Shown: one piece after another, positions 52,130 to 64,000 of the stretch | How the letters are laid out: each line of letters begins with the position of its first letter | How positions within the stretch are numbered: the first letter of the stretch is position 1 | Origin: Ylistrum balloti | Taxonomy: Eukaryota | DNA: 64,000 bases | Reading direction: 5' to 3' | NCBI RefSeq assembly: GCF_031769215.1 | Contig: NW_026782274.1 | Location: forward strand, 186,001-250,000 | Program-made: the position numbers and the translations under genes | Notes under the pieces: model-generated | What the model saw: the letters and a program-made list of their open reading frames with translations, nothing else | The model's database searches: none | Told to the model about the DNA's origin: nothing

Positions 52130-53804
52130 TTTCTCAATATATAGCTGTAAATAGCAGTTTTGTATTATTAAATATTATCACATTGCAATCGTGTTGGTCA
52201 TTGTTACGTTTTCAACGATGAATGTAGCTGATGTAAATGTAGAAACTTGTACCTAAGCTATAAAACATTGAGAACTCTGCGCCACGTAAATCAGAACCTT
52301 AACCCTAACTTCAAATGGACATAGGAGAAATAAGTTATCTCATAATATTACAGGTGTAATAGATTTCCACTTAGAAAAAAATGGAATATGAACTCCAACC
52401 CAACCCCAAAGCCCCCGGCAAATAGGGTTCCGTTTTGTATGAGTGTACACATATGCCTGCTTGTTTGTTTTACGAGGTGTAACGTGCTCAAACAGCCAAT
52501 GTCTTATGAGGACGGTTGTCAAGAAGGACATAAGTGTGGGATACAAAGCAACAGAAAGAACAAGAAAGAGCAGACAGAACATGACAGCAATGATCAAGAT
52601 CTCAAGTGATGCTACGAAGTCAGCATATCATTGACCTCTTGATCTTTTGACCTTTTGGATGTCTCTTGCGACATGTAGAGTCAAGTACGTCAGGCAAATC
52701 TTTTTCTGTCACATACACATAAAGAACCAGATTAAAATATGGAAATAGCAGCTGTATCTATGTGGCACATTGGTTAACTTGATTAACTGTGACAGACTGC
52801 AGTTTAAACAGGGATAACACAAAATTAGAATACATTTTTAGGATCAGCTCTCGTCAGAACGTCTTTACGAGCATTCAAAATAACATTTTTGGGATGAATT
52901 TTTGTGTAGACAGTCTTAATCAATTTTATAAATCCACGCGAGACCAATAAAGCCTACAGATATTACATAAAGTGCGATGGTTTGGGATTCTCAAAGACAG
53001 ATTTAAAAAAAAACTATGACAAGATATCACTGATTAGATAGGATGGTTAATGCAATATAACCAATCAACCAAGGAAGTTTTATTCCAGAATACCATTTAA
53101 AGTGCGACGTCTCTGTAAGAAAGTCTTGGAATTTTCCTTTACTTATGGAACAAAACAACCCCACTACACTATTAAGGGATATTAAAGAGAAAGAATCATT
53201 TAAGCAGATTTAATTAATTCCATGAAATGTAACTCTCACGGATTGGAATTATCTGAGTTGAATGCATAAAACACGAGTTTTCTAGGTAGTGTTGATGCGG
53301 ATAGCTTAGCATTTCTACCATCTAATCTATCAAAGTAATCCGACAGTTTCATAACGAGAGAAAACGATATTTCGAGAAAAGATAATCTCATAACACAGGG
53401 TTTCGAAAGATACAGGTTGATGAAGATTATAGGGAAAATTAACGGTCGTCACAGTGCTTTCATAGAGAAATGTTCCATTTCTTTGTTCAAGACGAAACTT
53501 GACGTATTTGACGTGGTAAGTTTGCCTGTTGATTCCGTTGTTGTATACATTCTTCTCATTAGGGAACGTAACGTTTGTTTCCTTGATTGACCAAGGTTTA
53601 CATGGCGGGTGTCGTCGGTGAAGAAGAAGACGCATGCCCTTCCCGAACAAATGATTTTACTTTCCATTTTTCAGGTGTCATCCTATAGATTTATCCGTTG
53701 TTCATGTTTTGCCCTTTTTTCATCGAAGGTCTGGGTCAAGATTTTGTACCATGTGAATATTTTCTTTGTTCTTTTTGCATACATATTTTCTCTCTACAAA
53801 AAAA

Positions 53805-53809
53805 AAACC

Positions 53810-53845
<36 letters not shown>

Positions 53846-53890
53846 AACAAAACAAAAAACAAAACAAAAACAAAACAAAAATCAAAATTA
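53805..53890. repeat. (AAAAC)n-type microsatellite
   Basis: aaaacaaaacaaaacaaaaac run. Confidence 0.85.
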
Positions 53891-54336
53891 AGCAGAACTC
53901 ATTACATTTGTTCTCTGTCTAATTTATTATTTCTTGTGTATTGAATAAAAAAATAAAAAATACATCAGTAAAATGGAAATTGAAAAGTAAATCAACCAAA
54001 GCAAACTTCGAAATTAAGTATTGATTCATATTAACTTTAGGATGAAATATAACATCTAATGGTCATTTTCGTAATATTATTATTCTTCGGAGATCTGAAA
54101 CTGACATAACGTTTAGGAATTATAATTGGTAGTTTAAATGCTTCATGAACAAATTGATTACAATAAAAAGCTAATTTAATTTTGTTAAATTTGTTTTCAA
54201 ATGTCACACACAAAATAACAAAGGTCGGTGGTTGTATTTCACATAGAATAATATAATAAAACTTTACATACATGTATAGAGTTATTTAGGGTCGGAACAC
54301 GGAGTGAGTGACTTGTGGTTCTGAATTTTGTTCACC

Positions 54337-57300
54337 ATGTTTGCTGTTTTACTTGTTGGGGTGCTTTTGTACGTGTCATCGGACGGAACCGTTATTGAAC
54401 AGACACCAGGTACGTCAGTGTATCAGTATGTAGGCAAGCCTTTTTAATTCGCGAATCTACCGAACTCTTTTAAAAAGAGGGTACATTTGAAAATTACACG
54501 ATTTGATGATTTACCAATTAGGTATTTCCAGAGAACAGGAAATGATAAACACAATTACTGTAACATTGTATGGTAAGTCCTTTCGACAATGATTTTATAA
54601 TAACGGACCAAGTGTAAGCTTGTAATCTAGAGAGCTCTATACTTACGTACTGAACTGTTTGGTTATGTCATTTATGGTCAATATAAATGCAGGCACATGA
54701 ACCATATTCCCATTCCTACTTTTTCAATGCGAATGGGTTCTGCATTTCAAATAGCAATGCTTTAATCATTTGATACTCTGTATTTAAATGATATTACGAT
54801 ATCATTCGATAGGAAGCCATCTTGTCGTTTCAAGGAGATTTATGACTGTCACAGCCGGAGACAATACTTATTTCGGAGATATGTCTCTTACTTCGGGACG
54901 ATACAGTCCAGTATTAAGAAGGCTGGAGAATGACCTCATGTTCGATGTGGCCTTGTATGACCGAGTAACAGTCGAGAGGAATGGAGAGTTTGAAGTTTAT
55001 GACGAAGGAGCTACGTCCGTCGTGTCAGGTAAGTCGACTTTACACTTTGTCGTGTTAGGATGTGAAAGTAAAAAATCTTATGAAAATCACATTAAATGAA
55101 ATTCATGCAGAATCCGGTTTCCAAACTGAGATCCCTGTTAAGTTGTAGACACAATCGGCTATATACATAACGGCCTATACATTTAAACATCGGCTTTGCG
55201 TGTTAAGCATGTCTTTAGAATATAAAAAAATATGAACAAGCACCTTTCAAAGCTGAAGGTGAAAAGTAGAAGCGATAAATAGGTTTATCAGATATTTAGT
55301 CACGGGATAAAAAAGAGTTACATCTCAAATTTTGTATTCGGAAATAATGTTCTCTATTCGTCGATATTCAAATTCCGCCCTAGAGACGTCTCCAATCAGA
55401 TTCATTTTGTTAATTTACAACGACTTTGATATCCTAAACCAACTTTTCCGGATAATTACATTGAGCATGTCTACTTACAAGGCGACAACTGGAAAGAGAC
55501 AAACATTGGTCGGCCCCATATTATTTGATGTCTTCCATTACGTTTTTGTTACTTATTCCACAGAGAGTTGCAGAATAATATCGGTGCTGTGCACTGTACT
55601 AGCATTGAGATTGTGTTATTTAATTTCTTCCTTTGTACAATGTCTGTTGACGTTTTGTCCTTTTGTATCCTTGCTTGTGAACGCCGTAACACTTTTGACC
55701 TTATCTACTTTAGCGTTGGTTTGATTGTATTTATTGCCAATATAAATGCAGTATGGGTGCCACATAGCGGATTATGACGATTTATTCTATTTGTCATCCC
55801 AGTTGCATTCATATCGACAATAAATACAATTCTACCGACGTTCAGTGGTTATATTTACATTTCGGATATCATTTGAAAATTTATCATGTTTCTTTTTCTC
55901 TATTTAAAAATGGATTTCCTCGTGGTATGTTTACATACTCGAAAAGCTTTTTGAAGATCATAATCAGCTAAATGATTAACTTAAAACCATAATTCATGTT
56001 ACTGAGGCGACGTGTAAAGCGTTGACGTAACGTCGGCCAACATGTCACCAAAATGACGTCATGCTATTGTCCCGTGGTCTAGACTTCATTTATACTCCTT
56101 TGGATACAATACATAGAGTGTTAGAAAAAAGTGAATGGCAAAAGTGGTTCGCCAGGGGCTCATCACTTCTGTCTTTCTTCACCCTCGCCAAAATACAGCT
56201 GATATCTCAAGACCAGACATTGACGTTTCGCTGAAGGACGCCAAAATAATTGCTCCACGCGGACACGTACATGTAGTTCCAAACTTAATCGGATATAACA
56301 GCGATTTTATTAATTTTCATAAATCAATTTGTTCATTACAACATGTAAAATCGCTTATTGCATCAACTATTTATATTTCCAAACGTAATATTTAAGTAAA
56401 TTCAGATAGTTATTCTGTCGAATTACTGCACGTGCTAAAATACAGATGTTTTCCGTCACTGCCAAATACAGCAAAAACCTATATGTGACAAGTGTATTCA
56501 GACAACGACACTGCCAGTTGCAGAATAAATATCAAAACTGAGTTAATGAAAGGTCACCATGCAAAATGTAAATATTTGTACGCTATTGCCATGATGGTCC
56601 GTTATCCTTGTGTGGTCACCGTTATGTGTTCTGACCTTGTCTACATATGTTTTGGTTTTATGATGTTCTTTGTCCTGGTGTGTAGATACCGTGATGTGTT
56701 ATGTCGTCCTCAACAAATGCCAACAAACAGAGAAAAATACCATAGACAGAATCTTTCAAACAGGAATCAAACACAACATCTATTTCATGTTCTGTCATTT
56801 TACAGCTATAGATTTGTTGAGACGGGACAGAATGATATTTAGATTTTCAATTTTGCCCTGAAAAACCTTTTTTAGTAGTAACAATTAATTATCTTATCTA
56901 CTCTAACCACGCTTCGAGCATCTTAGACCAGGACGGTTCGGAACAGGTGTGGGTAGTACTTCCTCAGTGTAGAATACAGCATGCAGAATTTAAGTAAAGA
57001 TATACAGTGTAATATTTATGTGTTCTGACTTTTACAGGTGATAAAATTCTGTTTTGGGTTTATGACCGGTCAGCCGTTCAATTCCGTAACGCATTGACCA
57101 TCATGTTTAACGATGGACAGGTAGGTACTGACCGCTTATTTCAGGCAGATTCTAGAAAACTAGCATACATGTCATGTGACGTAGCTACACATTTCCTTAC
57201 ATATAGCACTCAGTTCATTTTCTACGTTATCAAAATTACAAATTACCTGAAAGATATGATTGAAATTTTTAGTTACTTTAAAATTGTATATTTTGTGAGG

Positions 57301-59332
57301 ATCAAATTTCGTGGTTATTAAAAAAATCGTTAAAATGAAATCAACTTTCTAAAGCAAGGGTGCCAATCTGTGTGGACACTAAGTGATGAGGCTATTGATG
57401 ATTTTATGACCACCTGGATAAAGCATCCTATTCGAAACACTAGATTTTGTGGAAAGCCCCAGGAAATTTTAGGTCAAAGCTGGGGAATATAAAAAGAAAA
57501 TTTTGCTTTTAAATGTTCTTACAAATATCATGTTTGAGTCAGAGGTGATTTTTGTAGCAACGTACGTATCTGCGTTAAAGTTTACAGAACATAAGATATG
57601 AAATCTTTATGTTAAATTTCCATTGTGAAGTTGAAGAGGAGAAGTATCGCAATAAACTTTAATAAGTCGATATACAAAATAATTATCTACCGAAACGTTT
57701 AAACAAAATGATGGAAAACTGATTCTGCTTAAAAACGGAAGTTATTTTTTCTCTTTTCTTTTCTCGTTTTTTCACAAGCGTTGTAAGAGTGTTTTTTTAT
57801 CTTGTCGTTGCAGGGTTTTTCACGAGCGTTGTAAGAGTATGTTTTTTCTCTTGTCGTTGCAGGATTTTTCACAAACGTTGTAAGAGTGTGGTTTTTCTCT
57901 TGTCGTTGCAGGGTTTATCACAAACGTTGTAAGAGTATGTTTTTTCTCTTGTCGTTGCAGGATTTTTCACAAGCGTTGTAAGAGTATGTTTTTTCTCTTG
58001 TCGTTGCAGGATTTTTCACAAACGTTGTAAGAGTGTGTTTTTTCTCTTGTCGTTGCAGGGTTTTTCACGAGCGTTGTAAGAGTATGTTTTTTCTCTTGTC
58101 GTTGCAGGGTTTTTATGTTTTTTCTCTTGTCGTTGCAGGGTTTTTCACGAGCATTGTAAGAGTGTTGTTTTTTTCTCTTGTCGTTGCAGGATTTTTCACA
58201 AACGTTGTAAGAGTGTGTTTTTTCTCTTGTCGTTGCAGGATTTTTCACAAACGTTGTAAGAGTGTTGTTTTTTTCTCTTGTCGTTGCAGGATTTTTCACA
58301 AACGTTGTAAGAGTGTGTTTTTTCTCTTGTCGTTGCAGGATTTTTCACAAACGTTGTAAGAGTGTGTTTTTTTCTCTTGTCGTTGCAGGATTTTTCACAA
58401 ACGTTGTAAGAGTGTTGTTTTTTTCTCTTGTCGTTGCAGGATTTTTCACAAACGTTGTAAGAGTGTGTTTTTTTCTCTTGTCGTTGCAGGGTTTATCACA
58501 AACGTTGTAAGAGTGTGTTTTTTTCTCTTGTCGTTGCAGGATTTTTCACAAACGTTGTAAGAGTGTGTTTTTTCTCTTGTCGTTGCAGGATTTTTCACAA
58601 ACGTTGTAAGAGTGTTGTTTTTTTCTCTTGTCGTTGCAGGATTTTTCACAAACGTTGTAAGAGTGTGTTTTTTCTCTTGTCGTTGCAGGATTTTTCACAA
58701 ACGTTGTAAGAGAGTGTTGTTTTTTTCTCTTGTCGTTGCAGGATTTTTCACAAACGTTGTAAGAGTGTTGTTTTTTTCTCTTGTCGTTGCAGGATTTTTC
58801 ACAAACGTTGTAAGAGTATGTTTTTTCTCTTGTCGTTGCAGGATTTTTCACAAACGTTGTAAGAGTGTGTTTTTTCTCTTGTCGTTGCAGGATTTTTCAC
58901 AAACGTTGTAAGAGTGTGTTTTTTCTCTTGTCGTTGCAGGGTTTATCACAAACGTTGTAAGAGTGTGTTTTTTCTCTTGTCGTTGCAGGATTTTTCACAA
59001 ACGTTGTAAGAGTGTGTTTTTTCTCTTGTCGTTGCAGGGTTTTTCACGAGCATTGTAAGAGTGTTGTTTTTTTCTCTTGTCGTTGCAGGATTTTTCACAA
59101 ACGTTGTAAGAGTGTGTTTTTTCTCTTGTCGTTGCAGGATTTTTCACAAACGTTGTAAGAGTGTGTTTTTTCTCTTGTCGTTGCAGGGTTTATCACAAAC
59201 GTTGTAAGAGTATGTTTTTTCTCTTGTCGTTGCAGGATTTTTCACAAGCGTTGTAAGAGTGTGTTCTTTCTCTTGTCGTTGCAGGATTTTTCACGATTCA
59301 TGCGATCGCTGAGCCATTATACCGAAAATTAA
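54337..59332 (+). CDS. Uncharacterised secreted protein, paralog B (~156 aa)
   Basis: Exons 54337-54409 (signal peptide MFAVLLVGVLLYVSS), 54522-54572, 54813-55028, 57038-57120, 59285-59332; phases 1,1,1,0; 471 nt; exon 4 (83 nt) and exon 5 (48 nt) have the same lengths as in paralog A. Confidence 0.75.
57745..59294 (+). repeat. ~49-bp tandem array (~30 copies) made of the polypyrimidine tract/acceptor plus first 10 nt of paralog B terminal exon
   Basis: Unit ttttttctcttgtcgttgcag|GATTTTTCACaaacgttgtaagagtgtg; the last copy runs into GATTTTTCACGATTCATG (DFSRFM...). Confidence 0.92.
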
Positions 59333-59835
59333 AGAACCGAAGTCGACAACAATTTCAACAAATCATGTATTTTGTCTTTTTGAGATTGTTTCTTTGTTTC
59401 CTGACATAATAAATGGTTCTTTCACCAACTGAAGTTGTCATTGATAGTGATTGCAACGAAACACATTGCATCAACCGATTAATATACATCGAAGGTCATG
59501 TGTTCAGTGTAATCATTACGGGAACAATTATCATTTTCACATATCACAGCATCAAAATAACAGATGAGGGTATGCGATATGTATCAATGTCAGGAGATTG
59601 TAGCGAATGGCAAGATAGAGCAGAGAAGTGGAGGTATTACTTTTAGCAGGCAAATTTGATATGAAGAACTTAGAATACATGGATAACGCAAATTGTGACT
59701 AACATTTAGATCTTGTTTTTGACCGTGCTTCATGTACGTCATATATGCCGTGCGATATATATATATATATAACAATCTAGCGTGCCTTATGAATTGTACT
59801 TGGTGAAACAGGAAAATATAAGAAGGGAGACTCAT

Positions 59836-60258
59836 GAAAAGTTATGATGAGAACAAGACAATATGTTCTGGAAGAAAAGTTATAATGAGAACAAGACAAT
59901 ATGTTCCGGAAGAAAAGTTATAATGAGAACAAGACAATATGTTCCGGAAGAAAAGTTATAATGAGAACAAGACAATATGTTCTGGAAGAAAAGTTATAAT
60001 GAGAACAAGACAATATGTTCTGGAAGAAAAGTTATAATGAGAACAAGACAATATGTTCCGGAAGAAAAGTTATAATGAGAACAAGACAATATGTTCCGGA
60101 AGAAAAGTTATAATGAGAACAAGACAATATGTTCCGGAAGAAAAGTTATAATGAGAACAAGACAATATGTTCCGGAAGAAAAGTTATAATGAGAACAAGA
60201 CAATATGTTCTGGAAGAAAAGTTATAATGAGAACAAGACAATATGTTCCAGATGAAAA
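59836..60258. repeat. 38-bp minisatellite, ~11 copies
   Basis: gaaaagttataatgagaacaagacaatatgttc(c/t)ggaa repeated. Confidence 0.95.
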
Positions 60259-63200
60259 GGATTCTTCAGATTCACTGACGAAATCCGCCATGCAAATTTG
60301 GTCAATCGACTTAAGTAATGTCGAGTTCAATAATGAGGACATTGAACCAATAGGCAAAGTAACGAGCATCAAACACTCACAAGGAAATAAAACATGTCAC
60401 GATATATTAAAAACAACAAGGGTAACAAGCCAGACGTTTATTAAGGAATAGTATGAGATCGTAACCGCTGATGTTGGAACGGCTACGTCTTTTTTTTCTC
60501 GTTTTTTCTCAGTTTCTTATGCGGATTACGTTGACACCTACTGATGAACATGCGAAAATGTTAGATATATACGACCACAATCCAGATTTCTACCTTATAT
60601 CTTTGTCTCAGTAATGCTGGCTAAATCATACAACTTAACTGAAGTTAGCATTTAGGAGTTATCTCTCTTCCCGTACGAGCTCCTCCTTTCACCAACAGTC
60701 TCTGTATCAGTCGATCGAGATGACCGACTAGAGAGATAACAGCTGTTAAGTATATTCAACTATGAAAGCAGGTCGTGTCCGAAATAAACATTGTCTTATG
60801 TAAACATTTTCGTCATTAAACCATGATTTACCTGTAGGTTGATTCTATATTATATATATATTGTTGAAGCGTAAAACAAGTACTCATTTTTGTCATTACT
60901 ATTTATCGTTTTTTATTTATCAATATATCAGTTTTTTCACTCTAGTTCTCCAAAAATTTTACATTTATTATTGAAATTCCCATTCCTTTGTTGTATCTGG
61001 CGCTTGTTGTCATTCTCATATATTTTCATACTTATTTGATTTCCCTGTTGCATCCACATATTTCTTTCATTTAGAGTAACTGATGAGTTCTAAATTAAAT
61101 ATAAAGCATTGACATTTTAACAAAAGCTGAATTCAAATTAAAAAGGAGACCCTTTAGAAGTACAAGAGAACTTGACCAGGTTTACCAAAGGACGAGCTTT
61201 ATAGAGAAAAATACATTTAGGTGGGATGCATGTTTTCTGAGGTTCCCAAAGTATCAGCCGGGACAGCGACGAAGAATAAACAAGAATTGCAAGAATTCCT
61301 CTTCATATATTTCCCAAATTTTCTGGTATCTTTTTTATGAGCTGTTGATGTTTATAAAAGCTGTTTTGATATTCGAAATAAATTCCTTGCAAATATTATG
61401 AATTGTAACAAGAATTATAAAACCGAATTGCTGTTTATGCAGATGAATGTTTTCTGTTTCACATTCGATAAGTAAATTGGAGACCGATGACAGATGTATT
61501 CAGTGTCCTTGATCAGGAAGGATATACGATAGACAAGCTCATTACTGGATGTGAAAGCTAACACACCGTATGTTACAATATATCTTTAGGCGGCGTTAAA
61601 ACCCTTCAAAAGCTAGACTGGGAAGGTTCCTACCATTCATTAAGGAATTAAAGAAACTCGTTTGTTTTTATTCTTACCAATTTGTTTAACAGAATTTCAT
61701 CTGTATTAAACAAAAGACTCTGACAGTATTAAAGAATCCGACGTATTCTTTAAGTTGATTACAAGACCAGGAAGGTAAAATGAACAGCTGAGACGTTAAT
61801 ACCAAGACATACATTCGTAATGGCCTCTGTAAACTGTTTATACATATGTAACAATAAACCAGCTCTTCAAAATATTTATTGGTACGTTAGGTGGGCTTAA
61901 AAGATATATAGTACCAAATTATCATGGATTAGGTTCCTTTCCTTTCTTCCTCCTTTAATAGGAAGTTCATGGTAGTTAGAATTAAGCAGAAACAATATTA
62001 GGACATGGAGTGTACTTCTAGAATATGGCATTAGTCCGGAGAAACATTGGAACAGTTGACTAAATCTCCATCCCTTACTCCTCATTTCGCTGTCTGTTTT
62101 CGCCTGTTGCATTACCCACTCTATTCACTTTCCTGGTCCTATGGAAGGCCGTAATAGTGGATAAACAAACTTGCGACCACACATTATTGGAGGAAATTAT
62201 GATGTAAAATGCTGATCACAAGGTACCATGACGTCATTGTTATAATTTAGACCACTAGGGCCTAGATGAGCAAAGCTTAGAGTTAATCGGGGTTAGTGGA
62301 AATGTTCAAGTAGGAATGAAACAAGATTGAAAAAAAAATCTTCATTTTTACACGGCTGAAGATTTATAGTGATAGGCTAGCTTAATATGAACTTAATTTC
62401 ATTCATTAATATGTAAATCGGGATTATAAAACAATTACAGCTGAATTGGATTCCGGAATTGGTTTTTCAATTTTTAAAAATCCGTCTCCTTTTCGGTGGT
62501 ATATGAGTTAAAGTTACACGACAACAAGCTGAAAAGTGAAGTTGTAGATTCTTGTACTAGTTATAAGGTTAGAAAAGAAAACATGGAAGAAGAGAACAAC
62601 TGATACTGAAGGGATATGAGAAGGAAAGTTGCCTATGTCTAGTTAAAAGAGACTGTAGCACTATATGATCCATTGTGCTGTGGGACGAAAAGCAATAATT
62701 TTAATCTCTTGAAACTAATAATGAAGTTTTGAACACATGTAAAAATCAAAGAATTTTCATCATCCGTAAGTCCTTTGTCACCGAAGAGTAGCATTTCGGT
62801 TGAAAAATGAGTGTTAATAATACTAAAACATAGTAAGCGAATCCTAGAAAAAAGTCGGTAATGCTATAAAAAGTGTTTGTCAGTCTCGTCTTGTTGATTA
62901 CAAAAGAAAATCGGATAAATAAACAAGATGTTTCTATGAAATAGATGAGATGTGACTGCATTCCACCCTCATTATTACATGGTGAATCTGCCACCACCTT
63001 AGAAATGAGATGGAAGAGTGTGACCAGATGCATGTCGTTATCTGGCAAAGAATTCCAGAGACAGTACAGACAGCAACATCTCGAAAACGAAAATTCCTGC
63101 CAACACGAGTGTTATGATCATAGAGAAAAAAATTATTGCAGATATTGAGGGAGGAGACCATGAATTATTTTATGGCAATGAATGATTTTATGATATTTAC

Positions 63201-64000
63201 GTCTTCGCTCTAGAGGAAGTCAGCCAGTCTCAATATAGAGTTTCACTCTACTAGTTAGTCTAGTTCCGCCAGTAATTATACGTGTTGCCTCTGATTAGAG
63301 ATCTTCTAATATGTCAGACTGAGTTTTTGTAGGATTATCTCAAACGAAGTCGCCATGTTCCAACAAAGGTCAAATAAACGTACGATTTACAGTTTGAAGT
63401 GCCATTCAGACTAAATTTAAGCCTGCGTTATAGAATTAGCTTTGGTGAAATTTGATAAATTTGATCAGTCCAGAAAACTTTTGTTTTATAAAAACAGATC
63501 AGGATGCTTATACGCACTGACTTCAGTGAGTTAAGTATTGTTTGTGTGGTGAGGGGAGGATAAATTGGAGTTCTTAGATATCAGTAAGATTTCGCTCTTT
63601 TTTTGGTTGGGGATGGGGGGGGGAGGTAAAATTTATCAACCGATGTTTGGACCATTCATGTATTACATCGAGATCAAGCGTTATTTATCGTTTCTGCTCT
63701 ACTCATGGTTTTGTTGAAAATGACGTACAAGGAGGTGTCATCTGTAAATAATTTGATATTAGTCCGTATATCGTTCACAATGTCATTAATACCATTGTCT
63801 CAAGCAGAATAAATGACATGTGCTAGAAGTTGATTTACTGGTGAATCGTCATATCTAAATTCAGATTTGTGGGGAGATAGGATTGAGCGTGCAAAAACTT
63901 GCATCTATCCATCAGTTTTCCAACAAGAAAAAGACAGGCCTGTAGTTAGTTAGGACATACTTATTGTCTAATTTTTGTGCATGACTTACATTAGCAATCT

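Noticed and set aside
52468-52609. Cys-containing open frame as an extra terminal exon of paralog A
   Set aside because: Atypical GAG acceptor, and exon 52082-52129 already ends in a stop aligned with paralog B's stop.
57967-58911. Overlapping ORFs such as FFSLVVAGFFTNVVRV
   Set aside because: Translations of the ~49-bp acceptor array.
62746-63161. Cluster of 67-100 aa ORFs
   Set aside because: No motif, splice framework or homology that I can recognise.

Overview
AT-rich, intron-rich eukaryotic DNA, most consistent with a bivalve mollusc (inferred from repeat types and gene content; species not determinable). Genes reconstructed by hand from splice sites: (1) a complete MTHFD1 (C1-tetrahydrofolate synthase; 23 coding exons, 934 aa, minus strand 31653-6251); (2) head-to-head with it, a complete GSTZ1/maleylacetoacetate isomerase (8 exons, 214 aa, plus 32135-36456); (3) a C2H2 zinc-finger gene (minus; main exon 41081-43118) whose N-terminal part is about 8 decayed finger repeats; (4) two tandem paralogs encoding unrecognised ~150-aa secreted proteins (plus 49305-52129 and 54337-59332); (5) an isolated transmembrane-coding exon near the left edge. 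Mobile DNA: a 1.7-kb Mutator-like deletion derivative with a PHD finger and 8-bp TSD, a tRNA-derived SINE and Helentron/HINE-like remnants. Many minisatellites fill the introns and explain most long ORFs in the supplied track. The most striking observation: four independent intronic tandem arrays (39, 52, 46 and ~49 bp units, in three genes) are each built from a copy of a real exon-intron junction, so each real splice site is accompanied by several to about 70 look-alike sites. No rRNA, tRNA gene or CRISPR array was found.
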